The notes beneath the pieces were generated by a model. That model was not told where the DNA came from. It made no database searches and was given only the letters and a program-made list of their open reading frames with translations. Positions 34,148 through 44,807 of a stretch of DNA of 64,000 nucleotides are shown here, piece after piece. The stretch's first letter is position 1; each line of letters opens with the position of its first letter. Source of the DNA: an uncultured bacterium (GTDB lineage Bacteria > Fermentibacterota > Fermentibacteria > Fermentibacterales > JCC-6); contig CAYRQP010000001.1 of NCBI GenBank assembly GCA_964426545.1, positions 42,322 through 106,321 of the forward strand. The letters are read 5' to 3'. The position numbers and the translations under genes are program-made.

Positions 34148-36385
34148 TCAAAACGAAGTACCGAACTGGAAGTGGGGTTCCCATCCGGGTTCGGGTCGGT
34201 CGAATCCATATGTGTAATCCAGTCCTATAACGCCCAGCATGGGGATTTCGATTCTTATTCCCAGTCCAACCCCCCTGTAGAGATCACTAATGTCAGTTGC
34301 TGACAATGAACTCCATGTATTCCCTGCATCTCCATGCAGCGACATCTGAATCTGGTCAATTATCCTGTAGCGAAATTCAGCGGAGAGAATCATCATTGTT
34401 TTCCCGCCCACCGTCTCATAGCCTTCCACTGCGGCAATCGACCTTGAAGGGTATCCCCTGACGCCAAAGAAACCTGTGCCGCCCAGTTCGAAAAGTTCAT
34501 ATGCTGGCGGTTCCTCACCAGCTAGCGAGCCGACTACTCCGCCCCTGAATCGAAGGAAATAGATGAATTTCCAGGATGCGGGAATGTACCAGCTTGAATC
34601 AAGCAGATATTCCTGATATCCGATATTCCCGCCAAAACCGCCGCCTGCGAATTCCATTGTAAGGCTGTTAAGGGAACCGTGTGAAGCGAACATCCGCCTA
34701 TCCCTGTTGTCACGGGCAATGCTCAGACGCATGGAACTCGTCCACCGGGGCCAGTCGGTATCGTTGAGAGAATAGTAAAAACTGGTTGTATCTGAAGTTA
34801 TGTCGAAAACATCGACTTTCTCCAGCATATAACGTACAGATGCTCTTGTATAATCGAACCATGGAAGTGGTCTGCCTACGGTGACTGATCCACCGGTTCT
34901 TCTTCTGTCGTATTCATCGCGGTTTGTAATTGTATGGAACAGTTCACCCCCGAGAGAGAGCGGAGTATCCATGACCCAGGGCTCGGTGAAACCAAGCTGA
35001 ATATCCTGTTTGGTCGAAGAGAACTGATAATTCAGATTTACCACCTGTCCGCGCCCGAACAGATTCGTCTCGGCAAGTTCGATAAACCCTGCGAAACCGT
35101 CCTCCCCGCCGTAGCTGGCTCCGAGTCCTGCTGTACCGGTAGTTTTCTCGAAGACATTGAAGATAAGGTCGATATCGGAAGAACCATCGATGTAGCCAAA
35201 ATCAACCATCAGGTCCTGAAAATAATTGAGATAGTAAATATTCCTGTAACTTCGCATCAGTGCTGACCGTCTGAACATATCCCCCGGGAAAACTGTTATC
35301 TCTCTTCTTATCACATTGTCGAGGGTGCGGGTGTTTCCGCCTATGATCACCTTGCGTACATGTGCCCTGTCCCCTTCACTGATGAGGAATCCAATATCAA
35401 GGGCAGTCGAATCCGGAGATATTTCAATGACAGGCTGTATCGAAGCATAGAAATAGCCGCGCTCCTGGAATATCTCGTAAAGTAATGTCATCGAATTACC
35501 CAGTTTTTCTTCGCTGTAACTGTCGGTCGGACTGAAATCCATTGCAAGTGCAAGAAGCGAATCAGGATATTCTTCATTTCCATCGAATGTCACTGTTCCG
35601 AATTCGAAGTACTTGCCTTCCGAGACTGTAATCTCGATAAGAAGGTGCCTGCCGTCTTCGAGCATGGACCTCGATACATCAGTCACCACTGCTTCGGGAT
35701 ATCCGTTGTTGCGGTAGAAAGCCCCGATTTGAACGATATCTACCTGAAATTTACTCTCCTCGAACTGCCCAGACCGCCAGAATGAATCTTCCCTGGTGTC
35801 AATCTCTCCCCTGAGTTTTTCATCATCGAATGCTGTATTCCCGTAAAAGACTATTTCGCCCACCCGCACATCAGGTCCTTCGGTACATTCGAACACGAGG
35901 GTGCTTCTATGATCACTGTCAGGTTCCCGCCAGAATGAAACAACCTCAGCAGCATGGTGATTCTTTTCTGCATACAGGCCGAGAATCATCTGCCTGGCTC
36001 TTTCGACATCATACGGGGTTACAGTCTGCCCGGGGTAAATAGATAGTGTATCAGTGATAGCGCTCTCACTGAGACAACCGGGGTTTATGACTTCAATGCT
36101 GCTCAACAGTCTGTTTTCAGTCACTCTGATTAGTATATCGGCATACCCGTCTGCTGCAGCCGTATCTGCAAGTATCTCTATATCGGAAAAATAACCAAGG
36201 TCGAAAAGTGCATCTGTTCCCTTTGCAATCGAAAAAGCAGTCAATTCATCACCGCTGCTCATTCCGAAGACTGATAATATCAGCTCGTTATTTACAAATG
36301 TATTGCCCTCGACAGAAATCGAATTAACCGAAGCGGGATATGCGGTCGAGATGATCAGAATAGATATCAGGACACAGATTTTCAT
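34148..36385 (-). CDS. bamA: Outer-membrane protein assembly factor
   Basis: POTRA repeats (ISVEGN, IVFYGN, VTFDGN, IIGGNTRTLDNVIRRE), ETNLFGRGQ, FTEPW, VRGY, terminal FQFGTSF. Confidence 0.95.
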   Translation of the reverse strand: MKICVLISILIISTAYPASVNSISVEGNTFVNNELILSVFGMSSGDELTAFSIAKGTDALFDLGYFSDIEILADTAAADGYADILIRVTENRLLSSIEVINPGCLSESAITDTLSIYPGQTVTPYDVERARQMILGLYAEKNHHAAEVVSFWREPDSDHRSTLVFECTEGPDVRVGEIVFYGNTAFDDEKLRGEIDTREDSFWRSGQFEESKFQVDIVQIGAFYRNNGYPEAVVTDVSRSMLEDGRHLLIEITVSEGKYFEFGTVTFDGNEEYPDSLLALAMDFSPTDSYSEEKLGNSMTLLYEIFQERGYFYASIQPVIEISPDSTALDIGFLISEGDRAHVRKVIIGGNTRTLDNVIRREITVFPGDMFRRSALMRSYRNIYYLNYFQDLMVDFGYIDGSSDIDLIFNVFEKTTGTAGLGASYGGEDGFAGFIELAETNLFGRGQVVNLNYQFSSTKQDIQLGFTEPWVMDTPLSLGGELFHTITNRDEYDRRRTGGSVTVGRPLPWFDYTRASVRYMLEKVDVFDITSDTTSFYYSLNDTDWPRWTSSMRLSIARDNRDRRMFASHGSLNSLTMEFAGGGFGGNIGYQEYLLDSSWYIPASWKFIYFLRFRGGVVGSLAGEEPPAYELFELGGTGFFGVRGYPSRSIAAVEGYETVGGKTMMILSAEFRYRIIDQIQMSLHGDAGNTWSSLSATDISDLYRGVGLGIRIEIPMLGVIGLDYTYGFDRPEPGWEPHFQFGTSF

Positions 36386-38862
36386 TTGTTTACTTCCTCA
36401 GGAGCAGGAACGGTTTCCATTTCAGTTTCGGTCTTTGTGAACAGAAGCCTCTCATCATCCCTTTCTATTCTAATGGAATCGCCGCTGAGAAATTCCCCGC
36501 GTAATATGGCATCCGTGAGCGGATCTTCGACAAGTTTTCCAATAGCTCTTCGTAAATGACGGGCTCCCGCCTTCGGCTCGAAGCCCTGCTCAGTAAGAAA
36601 TTCCCGTGCCGCTTCTGTAAGTATAGCCGTTATACCGAGCTCTCGCAGTCTCTCCTGTACTTCAAGTATCTGTATATCCACTATTTTCAGAATGTGTTCG
36701 AACTCGAGGGGATTGAACACCACAATTTCATCCAACCTGTTGATGAACTCGGGGTTGAAGTTCTCCCTGACTCCCTCCTGCATCAATGCGTCACTGCGTT
36801 TCTTTTCAGCGTCTGAATCCGATGATGCAGAAAATCCCAGAGCACTACCTTCATGAATATCCCGTGCGGCAATATTGCTTGTCATAATTATGATGGTGTT
36901 CCTGAAGTCTATCTCTCGGCCGTAATTGTCCGTCATCCTGCCGTAGTCCATTACCTGCAGGAGCATGTTATACATATCTGCATGGGCTTTTTCTATTTCA
37001 TCGAGCAGAACAACCGAATAAGGTCTGCGTCTGACCTTCTCGGTCAATTGTCCCCCTTCATTGTAGCCGACATACCCGGGGGGGGCTCCCACCAGGCGCG
37101 AACCGCTGAATCCCTCCTGAAATTCCGACATGTCGATTCTGATAAGTGCCGAAGCCTGCCCAAACACAAGTTCTGCAAGAACTCTGGCAGTCTCTGTTTT
37201 CCCGACTCCTGACGGCCCGAGAAAGAGAAACACGCCGGCAGGTCTATCCCTGTCCCTGAGTCCTACCCGGCTTCTTCGGATAGCACTGCTGATAACTGCC
37301 AATGCGTGACCCTGTCCGACTATTCTCTCTTCAAGTCTCTTCTCGAGGTCGAGTAGTTTTGCAGTCTCGCTTCTCCCAACCCGGCTTACAGGTATTCCAG
37401 TCATGTCTGCGACTACTTCAGCGACAAGTTTGACAGTGACCGGTTCATATTCCAGTTCTTCCAGCCATTTCGACCTGACTGTCTCGAGCAGTTCTTTGTT
37501 TTGTTTTATCAAGTTCTTTGTCTTGAGAATGTTAGACATGTCCCTGTCTCTGACATATTCCCGTTTCTGTGCTTCGAGGTCAGTTAGGAGTTCCATCATC
37601 ACCCTTACATCTTCGGGTATCTCTGAATGCTGCACCCTGTTCTTTGCTCCGGCTTCATCCATTACATCAATTGCCTTGTCAGGCATGAACCGGCCGCTGA
37701 TGTATCTTGCAGCCTGCACGACACAGGCTTTGACAGCTTCGTCTGTATAAACTGCTGCATGATGTTTCTCATATCTGCCCCGTAGACCTTCCAGTATTTT
37801 GATGGTATCCTCTATGTTCGGTGGGTCGATCGGAACCGGCTGAAATCTTCTTTCGAGTGCACCGTCCTTCTCAATCTTCTTTCGGTACTCATCGAGTGTC
37901 GTAGCGCCTATGCACTGAAGTTCTCCCCTCGCGAGGATGGGTTTCAGCAGATTTGCAGCATCCATCGAACCCTCAGCAGCACCTGCACCAACGAGCAGAT
38001 GAACCTCGTCGATGAAAAGAATCTTGTCTCCGGAGTTCTTGATCTCATCGAGCAGTTTCTTCAGGCGTTTTTCGAACTGCCCCCTGTATTTAGTACCTGC
38101 TACAACAGCTGCCATGTCAAGGGCAAGTATCTGTTTTCCCGAGAGAATATCGGGCGTATCTCCCGATGCAATGATAGAAGCAAGACCTTCGACAATTGCG
38201 GTTTTTCCTACACCGGGCTCACCTATCAAAATCGGATTACATTTTTTCCGTCTGCATAACACCTGCATTACGCGGTCTATCTGATGCTCCCTCCCGATGA
38301 CAGGATCGAGGTCTCCCTCCGATGCGAGTACAGTTAGATTCCTGCAAAAATATTCGATTCCGGCTTCTGTAGCTCCTTCTCCTTTTTTGCCTGTACTGTC
38401 AAAATCGTCCTCGAGTGATTCTGTATCAGGCGCAAGGACAGATATCAGTTTCTCTACCTCTATTGCGGTTACACCTGCCTGGTTGAGAATAGTGGCAGCC
38501 TGGCATCCGGCTACTGCGAGAATTCCGATAAGTATATGATGTGTACCTACAGTTTGTGAACCCGCTGCTGCCGACCGTCTTATAGCCTGCTGACGAACCA
38601 GCCGTGACTGTGTGGTCCAGCCCATGTCAGCCTGCTGTATGTCGTGCACAGAAGCCCTGCGTATATGTGTCTCCAACTTTTTTTGCAATGTACTGATTGA
38701 AACATGCAGCTGCTCCAGTATCTCTGTTGCAGCAGACTCACGAATCGATATTATGCCGTACAGGATGAGTTCAGTGTTAACCTTCCTCTGTCCCGTACGC
38801 TTTGCCTCCCTCAGTGCAACCTCAAATGCGGCACGGGCTTTACTGCTCAGATTTTCAGCCAA
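36382..38862 (-). CDS. clpC: ATP-dependent Clp protease ATPase subunit
   Basis: Clp-N repeats, LDPVIGR, GEPGVGKT, ALERRFQ, short middle coiled-coil, GPSGVGKT, GAPPGYVGY, LGF loop; TTG start. Confidence 0.9.
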   Translation of the reverse strand: MAENLSSKARAAFEVALREAKRTGQRKVNTELILYGIISIRESAATEILEQLHVSISTLQKKLETHIRRASVHDIQQADMGWTTQSRLVRQQAIRRSAAAGSQTVGTHHILIGILAVAGCQAATILNQAGVTAIEVEKLISVLAPDTESLEDDFDSTGKKGEGATEAGIEYFCRNLTVLASEGDLDPVIGREHQIDRVMQVLCRRKKCNPILIGEPGVGKTAIVEGLASIIASGDTPDILSGKQILALDMAAVVAGTKYRGQFEKRLKKLLDEIKNSGDKILFIDEVHLLVGAGAAEGSMDAANLLKPILARGELQCIGATTLDEYRKKIEKDGALERRFQPVPIDPPNIEDTIKILEGLRGRYEKHHAAVYTDEAVKACVVQAARYISGRFMPDKAIDVMDEAGAKNRVQHSEIPEDVRVMMELLTDLEAQKREYVRDRDMSNILKTKNLIKQNKELLETVRSKWLEELEYEPVTVKLVAEVVADMTGIPVSRVGRSETAKLLDLEKRLEERIVGQGHALAVISSAIRRSRVGLRDRDRPAGVFLFLGPSGVGKTETARVLAELVFGQASALIRIDMSEFQEGFSGSRLVGAPPGYVGYNEGGQLTEKVRRRPYSVVLLDEIEKAHADMYNMLLQVMDYGRMTDNYGREIDFRNTIIIMTSNIAARDIHEGSALGFSASSDSDAEKKRSDALMQEGVRENFNPEFINRLDEIVVFNPLEFEHILKIVDIQILEVQERLRELGITAILTEAAREFLTEQGFEPKAGARHLRRAIGKLVEDPLTDAILRGEFLSGDSIRIERDDERLLFTKTETEMETVPAPEEVNK

Positions 38863-38974
38863 AATACTCCTTCTATTTCTCCTACTATGTATTCGAAATT
38901 TATATTTTTGTTCCTAATTGTGTTAGATAATTATAACAGTATAAAATAATGTCTAAATAAGCTTTCTGCAATAA

Positions 38975-39658
38975 TCAGGTGCAGTGAAGTACACCGCCCT
39001 CCAGACGGAAGCATCTGTCACCTTTCTCAGCAAGTTCCCTGCTGTGCGTGACAATGACAAAAGCCTGTTTTCGTTCAGATGAAAGCCTAAACAGCATCGA
39101 TTCGATGAGTGCACTGTTCTTTGCATCCAGGCTCCCTGTCGGTTCATCGGCAAGCACTACTGCCGGGTTTCCGACCAGTGCCCTCGCAACTGCTGCCCTC
39201 TGTCGTTCGCCACCTGATACCTGTGAGGGAAAATGACTGCTTCGCTCCGCTATGCCTGTTGCTTCCATAAGCTCCATTGCGCCGGATGTGCTGTCGCTAC
39301 GGGAATATCCGGCAAGAAGAAGCGGCATCGCTATGTTTTCGAGAAGCGTAAACTCCTCGAGCAGATGATGGAATTGAAACACAAACCCGAGCTTCCTGTT
39401 CCTGAGCAAAGCCCTTTCGTTTTCTTTCACATTCCATGCATCGACTCCGTCAATAGTGACCGTTCCTGTATCAGGCGGGTCCAATATTCCTGCGATATGC
39501 AGAAGCGTACTTTTACCCGACCCGCTCGGTCCCATTATGGAAACGACCTCTCCCCTTCTGATACGAAGGGTGATTTTTTCGAGAATTGGAAGATAAGTCG
39601 TCCCGCTGCCATAGGATTTACTCACCTCGTCAAGAGAAAGGACTATTACATCATTCAT
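38975..39658 (-). CDS. lolD: Lipoprotein-releasing ABC ATPase
   Basis: GPSGSGKST, GFVFQFHHLL, SGGERQR, LADEPTG; follows lolC/E. Confidence 0.88.
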   Translation of the reverse strand: MNDVIVLSLDEVSKSYGSGTTYLPILEKITLRIRRGEVVSIMGPSGSGKSTLLHIAGILDPPDTGTVTIDGVDAWNVKENERALLRNRKLGFVFQFHHLLEEFTLLENIAMPLLLAGYSRSDSTSGAMELMEATGIAERSSHFPSQVSGGERQRAAVARALVGNPAVVLADEPTGSLDAKNSALIESMLFRLSSERKQAFVIVTHSRELAEKGDRCFRLEGGVLHCT

Positions 39659-40904
39659 ATCTTACCGCCTTCGAAGGTGAAAGTGAAAGAGCTGCTACAG
39701 CAGGTATAAACGCTGCAATGAGACACGCCGCCACCGTTGCTCCGCTTACAGTGAGTATGAACATGGGGTCGAGTTTTCCCTGCATGGTCTCGATCCAATA
39801 AACGCTGCTTTCCAGGTTTATCGGGAAATACCTGTTTATGATAAGTGTTCCGCCGACCGAGGTGAACGTCCCGGTCGCTGCTCCTGCAAAACCTATCAAA
39901 CCACCCTGAATGAGACCTGTTCTAATAATCAGCCCCGGTGAAGCACCCATGGCACGCAATATCCCAGTATCCTTCCTGTGCTCGAGTGCTATCATGTTCA
40001 GGGCACTCAGCAGATTGAGAAGCGCCACAACAGTAATGAGTGCAAGAACAATAGTCATTCCCAGCTTCTCAAGACCAAGTGCTGCAAATAGGTTGGCATG
40101 TCTCCTGATGAACGGTTCACAGACCAGGTAATCATCGAATCTTCCGCTGAAGTAGCCCTCTTCCAATTGTGCGGAGAATGCATCTGCTGTTTCGATGACA
40201 TCATAACCATCTCTTAATCCTGCACTGCACTTCGATGCTGAAATTTCCGACCCGAAAAGAGCTGCAGCCGTTCCAATATCTGTAATAACAAGCCCTGAAT
40301 TAAACTCGTCCAGTCCAAAATCGACTACATCCGCTACCTGTATTGTTATGATTGTATCCACAAGCAGTCTCCCTGCAGCAGAAAATGAAGTCTCATCCGT
40401 GGAGGCGAGCCGAACAAAATCTCCCACCGATACACCGAGTCGTGCTGCCAGTGTTTTTCCGATCAGGATAGAATTCTCACAACCGGTGAATCCATCGAGT
40501 ATTCCATCCGATAGAATTTCCGATTCCACGGAAATGTCCACTCCGCGCATGTGAAATCCTGCAACTTCGCCATTGCTGCCGGCTATGATCGCAGTCTTCT
40601 CCATCTGGGGTGACACAGCCGATATTCCGGGTAGAGAATCCGCAAGCATACTGAGTTGAACCAGGTCATTATCCGTAATCGGAGTACCCCCCATTGCCCG
40701 CACTTCAAGGGGTGCATTCATTGATTCGAGATTGTTCAGGATACTGTCTACAAAACCGTCCATGAAGGAATTCAGTATGAGTAGTGCAGACACTCCAATC
40801 GCAATACCTGCAACGGAAAGGATGGAAACAGTTCTCACAAAAGTGGAATGCGACCGGCTGACAACCTGCCTTAGTGCTATCTTCAAAGAGATTGGATATT
40901 TCAC
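39651..40904 (-). CDS. Lipoprotein-releasing permease (LolC/E family)
   Basis: LSVAGIAIGVSAL, NLFAALGLEK, GILRAMGA, IPA...LSPSKAVRYE. Confidence 0.85.
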   Translation of the reverse strand: MKYPISLKIALRQVVSRSHSTFVRTVSILSVAGIAIGVSALLILNSFMDGFVDSILNNLESMNAPLEVRAMGGTPITDNDLVQLSMLADSLPGISAVSPQMEKTAIIAGSNGEVAGFHMRGVDISVESEILSDGILDGFTGCENSILIGKTLAARLGVSVGDFVRLASTDETSFSAAGRLLVDTIITIQVADVVDFGLDEFNSGLVITDIGTAAALFGSEISASKCSAGLRDGYDVIETADAFSAQLEEGYFSGRFDDYLVCEPFIRRHANLFAALGLEKLGMTIVLALITVVALLNLLSALNMIALEHRKDTGILRAMGASPGLIIRTGLIQGGLIGFAGAATGTFTSVGGTLIINRYFPINLESSVYWIETMQGKLDPMFILTVSGATVAACLIAAFIPAVAALSLSPSKAVRYE

Positions 40905-42364
40905 TCGCTCAGTTTCCTCAAATGCGGAAAAAGTATTGTATCCCGGATTGATCCCGCATTAGTCAGGATCATCACAAGACGGTCTATTCCAATCCCCATT
41001 CCGCCTGCGGGCGGCATTCCGGACTCAAGAGCAAAGAGGAAATCTTCATCCACTTCACCATCCCTGTGAGTACTCGATACTGCCTGTTTTTCAAACACTC
41101 TGCGCTGAAACAGAGGGTCGTTCTGTTCACTGAACGCATTGGCAAGTTCGAGCCCCATGATGAAAACCTCAAATCTCTCTGTGATTCCTTCACATCCGTC
41201 CTTCACTTTTGTCAGGGGGGAAAGTTCTTCGGGATAGTCGATGACAAATGTCGGCTGCTCGATATTCGCAACGACAAAGTGGTCGAACAGTTTGTCTATC
41301 AGGGTCAGTCTGTCTTTTACTCCCGGGGCTATCTCAAGACGGGATGCAAGTTCTACAAGCGCAATATCGTCCCATGAGAAAAGGTCTTCTCCGCTCTCCT
41401 TATTCAGTGCATCCACGAAACTGATTCTCTCGAACGGAGCCGAGATATCAAGAACTTTTCCCATATACTCAAACAAGGTTCCTATCCCGATGGCTTCTGC
41501 GGAAATAACTGCCATCTCTTCGAACCGTTTCATCATTCCGTTGTAATCCGTCCAGGCTTCATACATCTCCAGTTGAGTGAATTCCGGACTGTGAGTCCTG
41601 TCGACACCCTCATTCCTGAAGTCTTTTCCAACTTCATATACCCGGTCGATTCCCCCTGTAAGCACCCGCTTCAGATAGAGTTCCTTCGCTATGCGCAAAT
41701 AGTACCTTTCATCCATACTCGTATACTGCGTAACAAACGGGTCAGCCGCCGCTCCGCCGTAAACAGGCTGAAGTACCGGAGTATCGACTTCGAGATACCC
41801 GTTGCTGTCCAGATAACTCCGTAGGGCAGAGATGATTCTGCTTCTGTCAAAGAACCTCTTCTTTGAAGCAGGATTCAGCAGGAGGTCGATGCAGCGGTGC
41901 CTGTAGAGTAATTCCCTGTCACTTACCTTGTCGTGGCACTGCCCGTCTGCATCTACCTTGACAACAGGAAGCGGCCTTATGGTCTTCGTAAGAAGTGTAA
42001 GCTCGAGACACCTCAGAGTAAGTTCACCCATTCTTGTTGTAAATACAGGTCCTTTAATCTGTATGATGTCTCCGAGGTCGAGAGATTCCAGTATTTCCCA
42101 GTTCTTTTCCGAAAGCACCTTCTTCCCGAGATATATCTGAATTTCTCCCGTTGCATCCCTTACATCCACAAAAACAGTTTTACCATGGTCACGCCGAGCT
42201 ATAATTCTGCCGCATACCATTACATCTTCTTCTGTCTCACCGGTTTTCCTTACAAGATCGACTGGGATGGGAGTACCGCAGCGGGTGGGGAAAGGATTCA
42301 CACCCAGTTTCTTTAATTTCTCGAGTTTCTCGATTCTCTGCTGTTCCTGTTCACTGATATTCAT
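40901..42364 (-). CDS. lysS: Lysine--tRNA ligase (class II)
   Basis: OB-fold, YGGAAADPF, YLRIAKELYLKR, FRNEGVDRTHSPEFT, ELANAFSE, GMPPAGGMGIGIDRL. Confidence 0.97.
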   Translation of the reverse strand: MNISEQEQQRIEKLEKLKKLGVNPFPTRCGTPIPVDLVRKTGETEEDVMVCGRIIARRDHGKTVFVDVRDATGEIQIYLGKKVLSEKNWEILESLDLGDIIQIKGPVFTTRMGELTLRCLELTLLTKTIRPLPVVKVDADGQCHDKVSDRELLYRHRCIDLLLNPASKKRFFDRSRIISALRSYLDSNGYLEVDTPVLQPVYGGAAADPFVTQYTSMDERYYLRIAKELYLKRVLTGGIDRVYEVGKDFRNEGVDRTHSPEFTQLEMYEAWTDYNGMMKRFEEMAVISAEAIGIGTLFEYMGKVLDISAPFERISFVDALNKESGEDLFSWDDIALVELASRLEIAPGVKDRLTLIDKLFDHFVVANIEQPTFVIDYPEELSPLTKVKDGCEGITERFEVFIMGLELANAFSEQNDPLFQRRVFEKQAVSSTHRDGEVDEDFLFALESGMPPAGGMGIGIDRLVMILTNAGSIRDTILFPHLRKLSE

Positions 42365-42370
42365 TTCTTC

Positions 42371-43469
42371 CTAACCATTCTGTCTGAGATACTCTTCAAT
42401 AAATTCCTGTATGTCGCCATTCAGGAAGTTATCGATATTACCTGTTTCAATATCCGTTCTGTGGTCCTTCACCATTCTGTATGGATGCAGCACATAGGAA
42501 CGAATCTGATTCCCCCATGAAACATCCTTCTTATCGCTTTCCAGTTTTTCTCTAGCTTCCCGACGTTTTTTCTCTTCAAGTTCATAGAGTCTTGCTCTGA
42601 GTATTTTTCTCGCTACTTCTCTGTTCCTGTGTTGAGACCGCTGATTCTGACACACAACAGTTATTCCGGATGGAATATGCGTCAGACGGATTGCAGAATC
42701 AGTTTTGTTGACATGTTGCCCGCCGGCACCGCTGGCACGGAATGTATCGACTCTGATCAAATCATCGTTTAGTTCGACTTCAATGGTGTCATCGATATCA
42801 GGAATTGGGAATATTGAGGCAAAACTGGTATGCCTTCGATGGTTCTGGTCGAATGGAGATTTTCTGACAAGCCTGTGTATACCGGATTCTGCACGAAGAT
42901 AACCGTACGCCCATGTACCGCGAATGGATAGAACAGCCTCCCGTATTCCAACATCATCTCCACCACTTACACTCATGACCTCGACATCGTATTCCTGTTT
43001 TTCAGCCCATCTGATATACATCTTCATGAGCATTTCCGCCCAGTCCATACTGTCCTGACCGCCGGCACCTGAGCGGATTGTCAGAAGTGCATCATCCCTG
43101 TCGTGCTTTCCGGACAGCATCTGCATGAACTCGAGGCGGTCTATTCTTTTAAGCATTGAGATAAGTGACTCTTCTGTTTCCTTCAGCAGTTCTTCATCCG
43201 GTTCGATTGAAAGCAGTTCGAGTGAGTCATTCATCTCATCTAATGCTGAATGAAGTGCCTGAATCGGCTCGATCCATACCTGAATTTTTTTCTGTCTGCC
43301 TATGACTGCGAGGGCCGATTCCCTATTGTTCCAGAAGCCTTCTTTTGACATTTCCTCGTTGAGTTGTTTCTCTTTCTCTAACAGCCCCTGAAGGTCAAAG
43401 ACCCTCCTTTAATCGTGTAAGTTTGTCATTAACTTCTATATACATATTTCTCTGCTCTTCGATTGTCAT
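42371..43469 (-). CDS. prfB: Peptide chain release factor 2, translated via programmed +1 frameshift
   Basis: GGAGG + ATG 43469 gives 24 codons (MTIEEQ...KEGL) ending CTT TGA C. The +1 frame continues DLQGLLEKEKQLNEEMSK into the ORF-track ORF with SPF and GGQ motifs. Confidence 0.96.
43394..43409 (-). other. prfB +1 frameshift site
   Basis: Minus strand AAGGAGGGT-CTT-TGA-C: internal SD-like sequence just before the canonical CUU-UGA-C. Confidence 0.95.
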
Positions 43470-43570
43470 TGATTCCTCCAGGTATTATCGTTTTATCAAG
43501 ATGGTTATTTTATGCTTAATTCTATATAATTTGGCAAGAGTCTAAATTCAGAGTAAAACCGGAGGAATTA

Positions 43571-44794
43571 TTGAACCAGTTTACCAATTTGGTTTTGCAG
43601 TGGCATCATGAACTCAGCAATCACATTGTCTTTGCAGTGGGAATCCTCCTTCTTGGTGGATATTTTCTGGGTTCCCTCGCTGAGAGGTTAAAATTACCCT
43701 CGATTACCGGTTTTATCATTGCAGGTCTGCTTCTGGGGCCATCCTGTCTCGGATTTGTCCACCACGATCTTGATAAACAACTCGCCTCCATCACTGAAAT
43801 AGCCCTGTCTGTCATTGCACTTGTAATCGGAAGTGAATTCAAACTTTCGAAACTCCGCAAACTCGGATCGAGAATTATCGTAATTACACTGTTCCAGCTG
43901 TTTGCTACTTCCATTCTTGTCACCTTTGCTCTGGTACTTGCAGGTATGTCATTTCCGGTTGCAGCACTTCTCGGTGCGATAGCCTCTGCAACTGCACCTG
44001 CGGCAACAGTTGCCATCATCCGCAGTTTGAAAGCCCGCGGTAAATTCGTCGACTATCTCTACGGAGTTGTAGCACTGGACGATGCGGGATGCATCATACT
44101 GTTTGGGATTGTAGCAGCATTCGCGGGAGCACATTTAGGCGGGGAATCACATTTTTCTGCTGCCATCCTTCACAGCATACTCGAAATAATTAAGGTAATC
44201 ATGGCAGGAATTGTCACGGGACTTGCAATCCATCTCTTTGTCAACCGCCTTAAACGAAAGAATGCGATCATGCTTGTCTCTCTCGGGCTGGTCATGCTTC
44301 TATGCGGAACAGCGATCGTATTCGAATTCAGCATGCTTCTTTCCTGCATGACAGCAGGTGCATTGATGGTCAATTTGTCTTCCAAAAATCTAAAAGTAAT
44401 CAACTCGCTCAATTCACTCTCCCCTCCTCTTTATGCTGCTTTTTTTGCAATCGCAGGCACTGAGTTGAACCTTGGAGTCCTTACTTCCGAGAGAGTCCTC
44501 TTGCTGGGTACCATTTTCGTTTTTGCCAGAGCCGTGGGAAAATATGGCGGGGTATATTTCGGTGCAGCCGTTTCCCACTCGGAGCCGTTGATAAAAAACT
44601 ACCTTGGTCTCTGCATGCTCCCGCAGGCAGGTGTCGCCATAGGGCTTGTTTTATATATACAGAATTCCGGGATCATACCGGATATTAACATGTCCAACAT
44701 GATAATGAATATCGTGCTTTTCTCCGTGTTGTTCAATGAATTAACAGGACCGCCGCTATCCAAATTTGCGGTTATCCGCGGTGCAAAACTCTGA
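43571..44794 (+). CDS. Cation:proton antiporter (CPA / Na_H_Exchanger family)
   Basis: About 12 TM; LKLPSITGFIIAGLLLGP, ASATAPAAT, VALDDA, RAVGKY, LPQAGVAIGL. Confidence 0.9.
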   Translation: MNQFTNLVLQWHHELSNHIVFAVGILLLGGYFLGSLAERLKLPSITGFIIAGLLLGPSCLGFVHHDLDKQLASITEIALSVIALVIGSEFKLSKLRKLGSRIIVITLFQLFATSILVTFALVLAGMSFPVAALLGAIASATAPAATVAIIRSLKARGKFVDYLYGVVALDDAGCIILFGIVAAFAGAHLGGESHFSAAILHSILEIIKVIMAGIVTGLAIHLFVNRLKRKNAIMLVSLGLVMLLCGTAIVFEFSMLLSCMTAGALMVNLSSKNLKVINSLNSLSPPLYAAFFAIAGTELNLGVLTSERVLLLGTIFVFARAVGKYGGVYFGAAVSHSEPLIKNYLGLCMLPQAGVAIGLVLYIQNSGIIPDINMSNMIMNIVLFSVLFNELTGPPLSKFAVIRGAKL

Positions 44795-44807
44795 CTGGAG
44801 TGAGATT

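Noticed and set aside
42371-43351. prfB as an N-terminally truncated gene or pseudogene
   Set aside because: Explained by the canonical programmed frameshift.
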